Shown here: piece by piece, positions 48,817 to 58,961 of the stretch
Layout: the number at the start of each line of letters is the position of its first letter
How positions within the stretch are numbered: the stretch's first letter is position 1
From: Dehalococcoidia bacterium
GTDB lineage: Bacteria; Chloroflexota; Dehalococcoidia; Plut-88900
Length of the DNA: 64,000 nucleotides
Assembly (NCBI GenBank): GCA_965207225.1
Contig: CBDBLV010000005.1
Coordinates: 1,920,001 to 1,984,000, forward strand
Direction of reading: 5' to 3'
The notes under the pieces: model-generated
The model's database searches: none
Seen by the model: the letters and a program-made list of their open reading frames with translations, nothing else
What the model was told of the DNA's origin: nothing
Program-made: the position numbers and the translations under genes

Positions 48817-49119
48817 ATGACCACCAAGAAGAAGAGACTCACCCTTGACTTGGACCCCACCTTTCAGCGGCGGCTGAAAGCCATCTCCGCGCTCAAGGGC
48901 GTCAGCATGCGGGGGTACTGCCAAGCCGCCATCGATCGGGAATTGACAAGGGACGAAGCCAACGGCCTAGGCGATCTGTTGGTTGACAAGCCGGACCACG
49001 AGATGTTCGCAGAGCTCCAGCAGGAGATATTCGGGGACAAGACACTACCTGGGAACTCAGCCGACCTGATAAGAGAGGCCCGCGAGATTAGAGAGGCCGA
49101 GATGGAGCGATGGGCATGA
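48817..49119 (+). CDS. RHH-type antitoxin
   Basis: KRLTLDLD...LKAISALKGVSMRGY; C-terminal NSADLIREARE. Confidence 0.8.
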   Translation: MTTKKKRLTLDLDPTFQRRLKAISALKGVSMRGYCQAAIDRELTRDEANGLGDLLVDKPDHEMFAELQQEIFGDKTLPGNSADLIREAREIREAEMERWA

Positions 49120-49580
49120 GCGGGCTTGTCGTCGTCGATGCGAGCTTGGCTGTCAAGTGGTTGGTGAGGGAGGAGCACACCGACCAGGCTCTGGCGATTC
49201 TCCGGGCGTGGCATGACGATGAGGTAACCCTGGCCGCTCCTTACCTGCTAGCTTTCGAGGTCGCCAACTCTCTCCATCGTAAAGTGGTTCGGGGCCAGTT
49301 GAGTGTCGGAGACAGCACCCGAATGATCCAACGACTGCTCAGCTCGAGGCTTGAGTTGCATCAGACTGACGGGCTTTACGCGAGAGCCCTAGAGTTGGCA
49401 AGCGAACTCCAGCAAGGGGCAGTCTATGACGCCCACTACTTGGCGCTTGCCGAGGAATTTGGCTGTGAGTTGTGGACTGCCGACCAGAGGTTCTACAAAG
49501 CAGCAAGTCAGGAAGTCAACATCGTCCGCTGCCTAGGAAATCCCGGCAATCCACCTACTGGCGAAGGCCGGGGACCGTAA
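49116..49580 (+). CDS. vapC: PIN-domain (VapC-like) toxin
   Basis: VVDASLAVKW...EVAN...YDAHYLALAE...LWTAD. Confidence 0.9.
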   Translation: MSGLVVVDASLAVKWLVREEHTDQALAILRAWHDDEVTLAAPYLLAFEVANSLHRKVVRGQLSVGDSTRMIQRLLSSRLELHQTDGLYARALELASELQQGAVYDAHYLALAEEFGCELWTADQRFYKAASQEVNIVRCLGNPGNPPTGEGRGP

Positions 49581-50353
49581 TGGCCATCAGAACGGAGATA
49601 CTACCGTCGCCATCGTCGTTGGCCTTCTTGAGGCGTTGCTTTCGGTTCGTCAGCGTGGAGTGGCCCCATGCTGAACGCGAGCGGTTGCCTGATGAGGGCT
49701 TCGAACAGCGGTTCCGCGAAAGTTGCGTCCAGAATCTGGATGGATGGATTATCTCGGAGCAGCGCGAATTCCACCTTGGGGCAGGGCTAATTACCGCGTC
49801 AGGCGTATCTCATGAGATAGACATCGTGGCCCGGTGGTCAAACGCAACCACTATATTGGAGGCAAAGAATCTCGGCGGTATGCCTGGCAAGAACGACATC
49901 ATTGTCTTCTTCGCCAAGATCATTGATTATCTGCTTGCAAACCCTGAGCTAGCTCTGTACGACCTTTGTTTAGCATTCATGTCTAGGAATTCGTTCGAAT
50001 CAAGTGCACTGGCCACCTGTTTAGGTCTCGGAATACATCCGGTCTCATCGGACATACGCCCACTTCCAGTCCTAGTGGATAATGCGATTCGCATGGAATC
50101 GGAAATACGGAGTGGGTTGGCTGTGCCGAGTGAAACGCTTGAACGATTTGAGGATTTGTGCGCCTCGCTCAACAATTTAGGTTCCAGACTACACGAGGTC
50201 TGGCCTGACAATCGATTTGGTTATCTGTCTGAGGATAGCATTCTCGTTAAGGCAGTCACTCCGTTGCCCTCGCATGAATTGGCCAGCCAACTTCGGCAAG
50301 TCAACAGCGACTGTATCGAACTTATCAATACATTCAGGTCTGTATCCTCCTGA
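49580..50353 (+). CDS. PD-(D/E)xK (Mrr-like) nuclease-domain protein
   Basis: FEQ...SGVSHEIDIV...ILEAK; ATG overlaps the PIN stop (TAATG). Confidence 0.65.
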   Translation: MAIRTEILPSPSSLAFLRRCFRFVSVEWPHAERERLPDEGFEQRFRESCVQNLDGWIISEQREFHLGAGLITASGVSHEIDIVARWSNATTILEAKNLGGMPGKNDIIVFFAKIIDYLLANPELALYDLCLAFMSRNSFESSALATCLGLGIHPVSSDIRPLPVLVDNAIRMESEIRSGLAVPSETLERFEDLCASLNNLGSRLHEVWPDNRFGYLSEDSILVKAVTPLPSHELASQLRQVNSDCIELINTFRSVSS

Positions 50354-50368
50354 GGTATAAAGGAGTAT

Positions 50369-51466
50369 TTGACTATGAATATAAGCAGCTACAACATCAC
50401 TGAAGTCGGATATCACTACATAGGCTTGCGTGTGCTTGATGGTATGGGAACCTCAGCCCAGCGCAGCCAGCAAGTGGAAGTCATATCCAGAAACGTCCGG
50501 AAATTTGTGAGCGACAGAGCTTTGCGTCTCATGCTGCCAGATCCCAGGGGAACATTCCTCACGGTAGGCCAAAAGATCTGTGAGGAACTGGTTCACTTCC
50601 GATTTGCCCTCTCGGAACGTGGCGGCCCTTACGAATTGACTACCACTGGCCGGGATGTTCTCGGTTTACTGAAAGAACAGCGGTACCTAGAGCTCCGTAA
50701 AGTGATGGCTTCTGTCCACTTAAGAACCTACGCCAATCTGCGTGCTATAGTACAGGCCCATCTTGATGGTGGAGCGATCTGGCAGCCCGTCGTGAGCTCC
50801 GTCCATGTCGACCAGCCGGGATATTTGCAGGGACTGCTTGAGCCTACTTTCGAGCGAGATGCGTCTGCCGCACTGGCTAAGGCCCTTGATCAGAACGCGT
50901 TGCCACCTCCCAAAAAGATAGAGGACATCTTACGTGCCAAAGTCATCACACATACGATGCCTGCGCAACGTATGAGGGTGGCCCTTTTCCGAGCCATCTG
51001 TGACCGCTTGGTTAGTCTCAGGCTGCTCAACAAAGCGCGCGCCGTCCGCCAGAAGTGCGAATTCGAAAAGACTTATTCGCCTTGTGTGGTGCAACATCCG
51101 ATGAAACCCTGGTATTCGCCTTTGCAAATACCGCTGAATAATGGCGAGGCGTACCGGATATTTGTGTCCGAACCAGAGGCAACCGATCCCAATTACCAAG
51201 ATGCCCTGTTGTCTGGGATTGACCAAGCTCTCTCTGAGATGTCTCCAATAGGAGGGTACTACGACATTCCAGACCTCCGTGACATTGTGTGCGAATACCT
51301 GATGATCCCGGAAGCCGCTTTTGACGACGGCCTGAATTGCTTGCTTGACCGACAGCCAGCAGTTTTGTCGGTGGGCTTACAGTACGACAAGATTACTGCT
51401 AGGCGGAGACCTCTCGTCCGAGGCCGTCAAAACGCTCAGCTGCACAACTTGATAAGGAGAATCTGA
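50369..51466 (+). CDS. Hypothetical multi-winged-helix protein
   Basis: ELVHFRF...YELTTTGR wHTH-like signature; AAGGAG RBS; TGATG overlap with the next gene. Confidence 0.55.
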   Translation: MTMNISSYNITEVGYHYIGLRVLDGMGTSAQRSQQVEVISRNVRKFVSDRALRLMLPDPRGTFLTVGQKICEELVHFRFALSERGGPYELTTTGRDVLGLLKEQRYLELRKVMASVHLRTYANLRAIVQAHLDGGAIWQPVVSSVHVDQPGYLQGLLEPTFERDASAALAKALDQNALPPPKKIEDILRAKVITHTMPAQRMRVALFRAICDRLVSLRLLNKARAVRQKCEFEKTYSPCVVQHPMKPWYSPLQIPLNNGEAYRIFVSEPEATDPNYQDALLSGIDQALSEMSPIGGYYDIPDLRDIVCEYLMIPEAAFDDGLNCLLDRQPAVLSVGLQYDKITARRRPLVRGRQNAQLHNLIRRI

Positions 51467-52821
51467 TGCTCAATCTCCCCAGAAGACAAACTGCTCCGAT
51501 TCCGTCTCCATATGGACGGTTGGGACTCACCGACTTACCTTTCCCGTCTGAGCCGCTGTTGGACCCATATAGCAACGACCCTCGTCGTAATGGTTCCATC
51601 TACGCCCAATCTCCGGTGAAAGATGCCATCGAGAAATTCGACCAATTGCTTATCCGCCCCAATGACTTTCTGAACCGCGCGAAGATCGCGTCACTGTGGG
51701 CTGCTGGAGATAGCATAAGCGGTCGCGGAATGGGGAAGACCGCTCTGTTGCGATTCTTTCAGCAACGGATTAACTCGGATTGGGGCCTAACTCAGTTTGA
51801 GGGGCAGTTCTCAGCAGCGGTCATCTATGTGGCGTTTCCAGACCAGGTGGACCGCCGATGGATGGAGCAACTGGCGTGGGCTGCTCTTGTGGACACTTGC
51901 CAGAACGGGGTCCTAGATGTGGCAAGGGCTGCTCTACGCCGTGAATTCCTTACCGATGATCAAGTGATGTCTGTGATCGACGATAACGGAAACACTGACT
52001 GGGGCAGGCTGCTCAACGATGCTGTTCTCGCAGACAACGGCATACCTACCGGTGAGTTGGATCATAGTTTAGAGGCTCAATTGCTCAATGACGGAGTGGA
52101 GAGAGGACCAGCACGAGCTTTGGCAGCGGGCACATTTGAGGAGTTCCTACGCAACTTACGCAGAGACGGAAATCTTCGCCCTTACTACATCCCGCGCGAT
52201 ACAAAGGGTCTGGACTATTCCCGCGCGCTCTTCTTCAACGACATCGTACGTTATCTCCGTTCTGCTGGTTTTGCGGGAGGCTACCTGTTCGTAGACGACA
52301 TCGAGAACTTGACCGACCAGATGGCGCGTAGACATCGAGTCGAATTTGCCAAGGAGTTTGGTCTCTGCACGGTGCGCCCGGGGTACGCAAACACTGAGTA
52401 CGGGTTCTTCTCATGTGTGCTAACCACTCATCAGCAGTCCGTGGCGGGGATATCTCAAGCTTGGAGTGAAGCTGGTTTAGCAGCAATGGCTCGCCTAGAT
52501 CCAGGTGCGCCCACGTCAGTAGAACTCCCATTGCCGACGCCAGATCAAGCCAGGGCTATCATCATTGCACACTTGGACCACTTCCGCGTCAACGATGAAG
52601 ACAATGGGACCATAAGGCCCTTCACTGAAGACGGATTGCAAGCTCTGGTTGGGGTTAGCCAGCATCCCCGTATGCTGCTGGCTAACGGAGCACATATTGT
52701 AATGCAAGCCGTACAAGGCGACTCAACCGATATAGACGATACCTTGGTACAGGAGGCGTTGAGCGGTATGGCAACTTCCTCTGGCCCAGACTATACGGAA
52801 GGACTCGAGGGAGTTCTATGA
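51466..52821 (+). CDS. P-loop AAA+/STAND-like ATPase
   Basis: GRGMGKT Walker A, YLFVDDIE Walker B, PFTEDG...HPRMLL lid. Confidence 0.7.
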   Translation: MLNLPRRQTAPIPSPYGRLGLTDLPFPSEPLLDPYSNDPRRNGSIYAQSPVKDAIEKFDQLLIRPNDFLNRAKIASLWAAGDSISGRGMGKTALLRFFQQRINSDWGLTQFEGQFSAAVIYVAFPDQVDRRWMEQLAWAALVDTCQNGVLDVARAALRREFLTDDQVMSVIDDNGNTDWGRLLNDAVLADNGIPTGELDHSLEAQLLNDGVERGPARALAAGTFEEFLRNLRRDGNLRPYYIPRDTKGLDYSRALFFNDIVRYLRSAGFAGGYLFVDDIENLTDQMARRHRVEFAKEFGLCTVRPGYANTEYGFFSCVLTTHQQSVAGISQAWSEAGLAAMARLDPGAPTSVELPLPTPDQARAIIIAHLDHFRVNDEDNGTIRPFTEDGLQALVGVSQHPRMLLANGAHIVMQAVQGDSTDIDDTLVQEALSGMATSSGPDYTEGLEGVL

Positions 52822-52986
52822 TTCCCTAGGCTCCCTATCCATTGTGAAGGAAACGTGGGAGTAACTGACAATCATCAAATAGCACAGCCACGAGAGCTTG
52901 GGGCGTTGAATCCAAGCTTGATTTCCTACAACATGGGTGGGGCGGCTAACTGGACGAGTTCACAATCCCATCCAAAGCTCGAAAAC

Positions 52987-53038
52987 AGTTCTGCCTACCG
53001 TCAACTTAGGCCCACCAGACTTGATAAAATCAAGAACC
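52987..53038 (+). other. att junction 4 (E3|E4), central CC at 53012-53013
   Basis: agttctgcctaccgtcaacttaggc CC accagacttgataaaatcaagaacc; the right arm is identical to that of junction 2. Confidence 0.88.
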
Positions 53039-53081
53039 TTCAGCCTGTGCTTCAAGCTGGAGGTGTAAGGACGGGCTCAGG

Positions 53082-55577
53082 GTGTCGGTAGGTACACGGT
53101 CACGGAAGAGAATCCGCCACGTGATATTGGTCGGCCTTGTAGTGATCCTGGCGGCAGGTTGTGACGAGTCGTCCACGCCGACCGATACCTCCACACCGGT
53201 ACCTTCAGCGACGCCAACGCCGGTACCCTCGGCAACGCCAACACCCACGCCGACCGACACCTCCACGCCGGTACCTGTGGCCACGAACACACCCACGCCG
53301 ACCGATACCTCCACACCGGTACCTTCAGCGACGCCAACGCCGGTACCCTCGGCAACGCCAACACCCACGCCGACCGACACCTCCACGCCGGTACCTGTGG
53401 CCACGAACACACCCACGCCGACCGATACCTCCACACCGGTACCTTCAGCGACGCCAACGCCGGTACCCTCGGCAACGCCAACACCCACGCCGACCAACAC
53501 CTCCACGCCGGTACCTGTGGCCACGAACACACCCACGCCGATTCCTACTACCACACCGGTACCCACGTCTACTCCCGTTCCGACGCCAACCACCACGCCA
53601 GTGCCTCCTACTGCCAAGTTGCCACCCAGCCCAATAGCGGGTTTGGAGCGCGGCGGGTGGCTGGAAGAGTACAGGCCGACATTGGCCGACCAGATCAAGG
53701 CGCTGTCCTGGGTCTCAGACGGCGTTCACGATACGGAGCGCGAGGCTGCTGAAGCCTTGATTGCTATTGCCGTGTGGCATCGCGACGTGTTTTTCAATCT
53801 GACGAGTAAGCGATGGGTCCAGAGCCTCATCAACACACACGAGGCCGCCGCCATTCACGAGATTTACTCAATTGCCAATTACGCCCCCGCACTAGCAGAC
53901 GCTGTGCTGGAGAAACCATGGGTGCAGGATGACATCACCCGGGACGAAGCCGTGGTAATTGACCGTCTGGAAAGCACCGTAAGAGCCGAGGACGAGTTCC
54001 TGCAAGAGCAGGTGATTCGCAAGGTCGTCGAAATCCTGGACATGCCATTCTTAGACACAGTTGAGAGTGCCGACGCTTCGGCGGTACGCGCACTGGAGAG
54101 TTATGAGGACGCAGGGTCGGCTGAGTTTCTGGAGCTTATGAACCACCCCACACTCAGTGACGGCATTGACGATGAAGAGGCAAAAACTGTTGCCTTGCTG
54201 GGCGGTACCAACAGGTATAAGCCGGAACTGGTGCCTGTCCTGCTGGACGGGACCAGCGTCTTCAAGGAGGAACGCATCATCAACCTACCCCACTCTGGTG
54301 AAGTGTTGCTGGCAATCATCCGGTTCCACGACCACACAGGGCCCAACATGGATTACCTGGAACACGCGGTGCGGCACCATGAGGGTTTCATGGGCGAGCC
54401 GCTGCCGACCAACTACGTGGCATGGTACTTTGTGGACTACACTTCCAGCGGATGGCACGAGGGTACTCACATAGCATCCAATCCGGAGCGCGACCCCGCC
54501 CTCGGTGAGTATTGGCGCGCGCCGAGGCACGCGGCCCATGAAACAGGCCATTACTACTGGACGGCTTCTCAGGCATGGATTGACGAAGGTGCAGCGGATA
54601 TGCTCGTCATACTCTCCGAGAATGCACGCGCCGGGCGACCACTGGTTCACAACCGGGAGCAATGCACGTTGTTCAACACCATCAGTGAGGTTGCCGATGC
54701 AGAAAAAGGCAGCGACGCGTATGACTGCTCCTACCGGTTGGGACAGCGACTGTTCCTTGACCTGTACCATGTCTTCGGTGAAGCAACTTTCCGGCAGGCA
54801 TTCCGTAGCCTCTACTTGAAACGATTACGTGATGACCCCACCGACGATTGCGAAGGCACCCAGCTGGGCATTTGCCACGTGGAATCGACCTTCAAGTCTG
54901 GTGTGTCGGACGAGGTCGTTGCAAAGGTTGACAAGGTCATCGGCCACTGGTTCTATGGAAGAACGGGTACCCACGATGGGGACCGGGCGGTCTTGGCGGC
55001 GTTGCACAGCGAGATGGGAGGGAGCAACTGGACCAACAACGCCAACTGGCTGAGCGACGCCCATATCGGGGAGTGGCATGGCGTTGCTACCGATGCCGAC
55101 GGGCGTGTCATTGAACTGAATCTCGAAGGCAATGCCTTGTCGGGCCAGATCCCGCCGGAATTGGGCAATCTTGCCAACTTGAGGGAACTTCTGCTCGGTT
55201 ACAACCAATTGCGTGGACCGATACCGCCGGAATTGGGCAGCCTCATCCAATTGACCCGTTTGGAATTGGACCACAACAGTCTCACCGGGGCAATACCGTC
55301 CTCCCTGAGCAGCCTCACCCAATTGACCCGTTTGGAATTGAACGACAACGCTCTGACAGGAAATATACCTTCCTCATTTGGAAACCTCACTCACCTAACC
55401 CGATTTGAACTCGATGGCAATAGTTTGTCCGGGGATATACACCCTTCTCTGGGCAACTTAACAGCGTTAAGGTTCCTGAGGCTGGCCGACGGAAACCGCT
55501 TTTCAGGTTGCATACCTTTGAGGTTGCATACCGTAGCGGACAAGGACCTAGCTAACTTGGGTTTGACAACTTGCTGA
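53082..55577 (+). CDS. Lipoprotein with Pro/Thr stalk, gluzincin-like peptidase and LRR domain
   Basis: Lipobox AAGC; HETGH...WIDEGAA; LxGxIPPELGxLxxLxxLxL 24-aa repeats. Confidence 0.8.
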   Translation: MSVGTRSRKRIRHVILVGLVVILAAGCDESSTPTDTSTPVPSATPTPVPSATPTPTPTDTSTPVPVATNTPTPTDTSTPVPSATPTPVPSATPTPTPTDTSTPVPVATNTPTPTDTSTPVPSATPTPVPSATPTPTPTNTSTPVPVATNTPTPIPTTTPVPTSTPVPTPTTTPVPPTAKLPPSPIAGLERGGWLEEYRPTLADQIKALSWVSDGVHDTEREAAEALIAIAVWHRDVFFNLTSKRWVQSLINTHEAAAIHEIYSIANYAPALADAVLEKPWVQDDITRDEAVVIDRLESTVRAEDEFLQEQVIRKVVEILDMPFLDTVESADASAVRALESYEDAGSAEFLELMNHPTLSDGIDDEEAKTVALLGGTNRYKPELVPVLLDGTSVFKEERIINLPHSGEVLLAIIRFHDHTGPNMDYLEHAVRHHEGFMGEPLPTNYVAWYFVDYTSSGWHEGTHIASNPERDPALGEYWRAPRHAAHETGHYYWTASQAWIDEGAADMLVILSENARAGRPLVHNREQCTLFNTISEVADAEKGSDAYDCSYRLGQRLFLDLYHVFGEATFRQAFRSLYLKRLRDDPTDDCEGTQLGICHVESTFKSGVSDEVVAKVDKVIGHWFYGRTGTHDGDRAVLAALHSEMGGSNWTNNANWLSDAHIGEWHGVATDADGRVIELNLEGNALSGQIPPELGNLANLRELLLGYNQLRGPIPPELGSLIQLTRLELDHNSLTGAIPSSLSSLTQLTRLELNDNALTGNIPSSFGNLTHLTRFELDGNSLSGDIHPSLGNLTALRFLRLADGNRFSGCIPLRLHTVADKDLANLGLTTC
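53173..53540 (+). repeat. Three tandem 120-bp coding repeats (PT-rich linker)
   Basis: Units start at 53173, 53293 and 53413 and are almost identical. Confidence 0.95.
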
Positions 55578-56091
55578 ATTAGCAGCCTATCGTGGATTGA
55601 CTTGAAGCCTGTCGGGACAATACCGCAGGGAAAAATAACAAAGTACGTCACGTCGAGACTCTAATCATCAGGGGAGGTTGAGGGCGAGTTGGCTAGTAGG
55701 CTCCTGGGGACGGGCTTCGACGCTGAAACCTGCCAAGCTCTATCGTTTATGCCTTACGCTCTTCGCAAGCCTAGACCTGATTCTCATACGGAGAAGTTTC
55801 GTACTAAGAGCACTACAACGCATACAGCTAGTACACCACTAGACAAGTACGCAATCCAATCGTCGTCGGCGTGTAGCCAGCTCCACTGAAACCCAAGTGC
55901 CCTCTCGCAGTAGTGTAAGCACGCCTTCCAGGACCAGAGCAGTGATCGCGATGCCAAGCAAGCCGACGCACAGCCGTTCCAATGCGTCCATCAGCGTACA
56001 CCTTGTTCGCTCACGATGCCTCTATCCGTGATGAGAAAGCTAAATGGGTCGATGGCCTGACTTGGGTAACTCATTGATGGTGTGTTCGATG

Positions 56092-56598
56092 TCAGCTTGG
56101 GCTTGTCCTCGACGATTTTGTATTCGTATTTGTCATCGTCCGGCCCCAATTGGTCTCGACCCCCGGTTGCCAATTCTCTTGGCTCTCTTGCACTTGAACA
56201 TTCTCCCCGAGTTCCTCAGAGATGCGCTTCACCCCGGACTCGATCTCGCACGCCCAAATGACCCTCCACTTCCATCCAAGACTATCCAGAGCAGAGCGTG
56301 CCTGAGCATCCCTTTTCGCATTTCTTTCGATCTTCGTCGTCCAGTAATCCGTGTTGCTCTTGGGCATCCTTGATCTCTTGCATCCATGCCAGTGCCAGAA
56401 GCACCCATGGACAAACAACGCGACTCGATGGCGAGGGAAGACCAAGTCAGGACAGCCGGGGAGATCAGCACGGTGGAGTCGAAAGCGATGTCCCGCCCTA
56501 TGAAGAGCCTTTCTCACTTCCATCTCGGGTCTAGTGTCCCGTGACTTCACCTTGGCCATAATCGCGCTTCGCTCGCGGCTGTCTATCTGATCGGCCAA
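56092..56598 (-). CDS. vsr: Very short patch repair endonuclease
   Basis: RSAIMAKVKSRDTRPE, LPGCPDLVF, FVHGCFWHWH, IWACE. Confidence 0.93.
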   Translation of the reverse strand: MADQIDSRERSAIMAKVKSRDTRPEMEVRKALHRAGHRFRLHRADLPGCPDLVFPRHRVALFVHGCFWHWHGCKRSRMPKSNTDYWTTKIERNAKRDAQARSALDSLGWKWRVIWACEIESGVKRISEELGENVQVQESQENWQPGVETNWGRTMTNTNTKSSRTSPS

Positions 56599-56610
56599 GA
56601 GTTAAGCCCC

Positions 56611-57567
56611 TTAGAGATTCTCGGGTACCCTTATCAGCAAAGACCTGTCGGCTTCCACGGCCTCCACACGTCTGTTGTACTGCTCCAACAATGTCTTGAA
56701 GCCTTCGGCCAATCCTCCTTTGCCGAATCCTCCTAGTTCTTCAAGATTCTGACCAACGAACGACTCGATAGCGAGAATCCCTACCCTATCTTGTACCTCA
56801 ATAGCCTCCGCCATCTGGCGAGCCGCTTGAAGCCTCGTATCGAGCACCAGGAGCATGGGCCGATAGCCATTCCGGATATTCTCCTCGCATTTGTTCAAGA
56901 CCGGCGGCATCGGCGCAACCGTTACGTGAAAGGCTGTGTCGCCCACCACAAAATCCCCTGGCCGCCCGAGTTGCCTGTCAGCGGTCGTGTAAGAGAAATT
57001 CTCTATCTCCAAATCAGGGTATCGAACCGCGAGCTTGGCCCCAACCAAGTGCTGGGCGACTGCGCCTCCCTTAGAGCCCGCAGCTGCCAAAATATCGGCT
57101 ACAATCTGCGGCGATGGCTTATTCAGATTCACCTCAACCTCAATTGCTTGCTGGTCAAGATAGTCCTTCACCCGCCCCACCAGCCAAGCTTGTAGAGAAT
57201 CGATGACCTGCCCGCGGTCTGACTCGGAGAGATCAACCAACGCCGCCGTCTCATTCAGTACCGCCGCAATGCCTTCAGCAGCAGGAACCGTAGCCCTTGT
57301 GGTTCTTCCTCCCTCGCTGGTGAACCGTCTATCCTCGCCGTGCCTGCTAAGTATCAACTGGATGAGGGAACCACTTGTTCGCACTTGATTCCCAGGCGTT
57401 ATGTAATTGCTCCTACTCAGCGGGTAAGCGCCTCTCATCCGTTCCAAGACAGCCAGACCGGCGCATATAACGTAGGTGTTTGGTTCTACACTAGGAGATG
57501 GCCTGTGACCGTCGAACCACGACCTAAGTGTGACAAGTGCCTCACTGTAAGCTCGTTGGCCAGTCAT
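56611..57567 (-). CDS. DUF4928-like putative restriction endonuclease
   Basis: SEGGRT, GAVAQHLVGAKL, AD...RPGDF...FHVTVAP; lies between dcm and vsr. Confidence 0.7.
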   Translation of the reverse strand: MTGQRAYSEALVTLRSWFDGHRPSPSVEPNTYVICAGLAVLERMRGAYPLSRSNYITPGNQVRTSGSLIQLILSRHGEDRRFTSEGGRTTRATVPAAEGIAAVLNETAALVDLSESDRGQVIDSLQAWLVGRVKDYLDQQAIEVEVNLNKPSPQIVADILAAAGSKGGAVAQHLVGAKLAVRYPDLEIENFSYTTADRQLGRPGDFVVGDTAFHVTVAPMPPVLNKCEENIRNGYRPMLLVLDTRLQAARQMAEAIEVQDRVGILAIESFVGQNLEELGGFGKGGLAEGFKTLLEQYNRRVEAVEADRSLLIRVPENL

Positions 57568-58934
57568 GGCGACACCGACGTCCGTCTGCGAGCGACGGCC
57601 TCAACAGTCTCTCGACTGGACAACCCGGCGCGGCTCCGAGACCCGTTATCCTTGGAGTGCTCATCAGCAGGTAAGTCCCGGCACAATCTCGCCAGATGGA
57701 CAAGTAGCCGATTAGAGAGCCAACGAACCACCGGGACCGCCACGCCGTCGCCAATTGCCCTATAGGCGTCGTTGTACTTTGACGGAAGCCAGAAGGAATC
57801 TGGCACTCCCATAAGGCGCGCAGCCTCCCTTGGTGACAGTAGCCGAGACCTAATGCGGCCGTTGTCCAACACAAGGACGATCTGACGGCTTGAGCCACCC
57901 TGTGGTGTTCTCAGGCATCCCGCGACGCCGTCGAACCTTGCTTCAGCTCTTTGAACTCCCTCCCGTATCCTCTTGTAAACGAAGCCTACCGATTGACCAT
58001 TCTCAATGGCACTTTCCGTCTTCTTCCGATTCACGTCTGTCATCATAGCCAACAGACGCTCCGTCTCATCAGGCTCATGCCATGCCACGCTTGTAGGAGT
58101 CTCTTCAACCATGTCCTCGACGGCAGGAATAGAGCAGGTGGGCTCCGGCAGATTCCACCAACGCCATGATTCTGTGAGCGCCTCCGGCAACTGCTCATAG
58201 GCAGACCTAACGGACTTGGGGAACCATGGAACAGTCTCGTCGGCCTCTTCATTCACCAATAGGGAACAATCAACGCGGGAGTCTATGGCGACTACGAATA
58301 CTCTTGGTCGGGACTGAGGAAGGAATTGGCGAGCGTCGATCACAAGAGGACCGAACTGCATGCCCAGCGTTGCCAGGGACTCACAGAGAATCGGAAAGTC
58401 GTCCCCGTAGAGCATCCCGACGACGTTTTCGATGACTATGAGGGGCGGTCGCTGCCCCCGGTCAAGTGAATCACGCATCAGCCTCCAGAACTCCCAATAG
58501 GTCCCACTGCGCTCTGCCTTCATGCCCCTTCTAGAGCCCGCTAGCGATAAGTCTTGGCAAGGAAAGGACGCCCAAGCCATGTCAGTGTCAACGGGTAGTG
58601 AGTCAGTGGCTACGCTTGCTACGTCGCCCAGCACAAACTCTCCAGCGCCGAATTCGGCCTCATATACTTCCTGCTTTCGAGCGTCAATGTCGTTCGCCCA
58701 TGTGCATGACCAAGAAGGCTCTAGGCCAAGTCGAACAAGTCCAGCTCCTGCAAAGAAGTCCACAAACGTCAGTGGCTCACTGAGCGAGCGGACTGCTGTG
58801 TCCGCCCGATCCTGGTCGGCAGGTATGCCGTTGACTTGATGGGTCGAGTCCATATCAGTACGCGGCCCGTTCATTCGCTGCTCACCGATCATCTTTATCT
58901 TTCCTTTGCTTTCGGTGACAACGCCAGGGGACAT
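57564..58934 (-). CDS. dcm: DNA (cytosine-5)-methyltransferase
   Basis: FFAGAG, FPCQDLS, ENV, QSRPRVF, R.LSPREAARLMG, GDGVAVPV. Confidence 0.93.
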   Translation of the reverse strand: MSPGVVTESKGKIKMIGEQRMNGPRTDMDSTHQVNGIPADQDRADTAVRSLSEPLTFVDFFAGAGLVRLGLEPSWSCTWANDIDARKQEVYEAEFGAGEFVLGDVASVATDSLPVDTDMAWASFPCQDLSLAGSRRGMKAERSGTYWEFWRLMRDSLDRGQRPPLIVIENVVGMLYGDDFPILCESLATLGMQFGPLVIDARQFLPQSRPRVFVVAIDSRVDCSLLVNEEADETVPWFPKSVRSAYEQLPEALTESWRWWNLPEPTCSIPAVEDMVEETPTSVAWHEPDETERLLAMMTDVNRKKTESAIENGQSVGFVYKRIREGVQRAEARFDGVAGCLRTPQGGSSRQIVLVLDNGRIRSRLLSPREAARLMGVPDSFWLPSKYNDAYRAIGDGVAVPVVRWLSNRLLVHLARLCRDLPADEHSKDNGSRSRAGLSSRETVEAVARRRTSVSP

Positions 58935-58961
58935 TCGACTTCGAATGAATGTCCAGCCACG

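Larger units (their letters stand above)
42016..53013. mobile_element. Integrative element E3 (type A backbone)
   Basis: Joining the ends gives GTTCTGCCTACCGTCAA...TTGACGGTAGACAGAAC (16/17 inverted repeat). Confidence 0.85.

Noticed and set aside
53173-53540. Regular repeats as a possible CRISPR array
   Set aside because: Contiguous 120-bp in-frame coding units with no unique spacers and no cas genes.
55600-56090. Short ORFs between the LRR lipoprotein and vsr
   Set aside because: Short, with no motifs or clear RBS; possibly a decayed membrane-protein gene, but not supportable.
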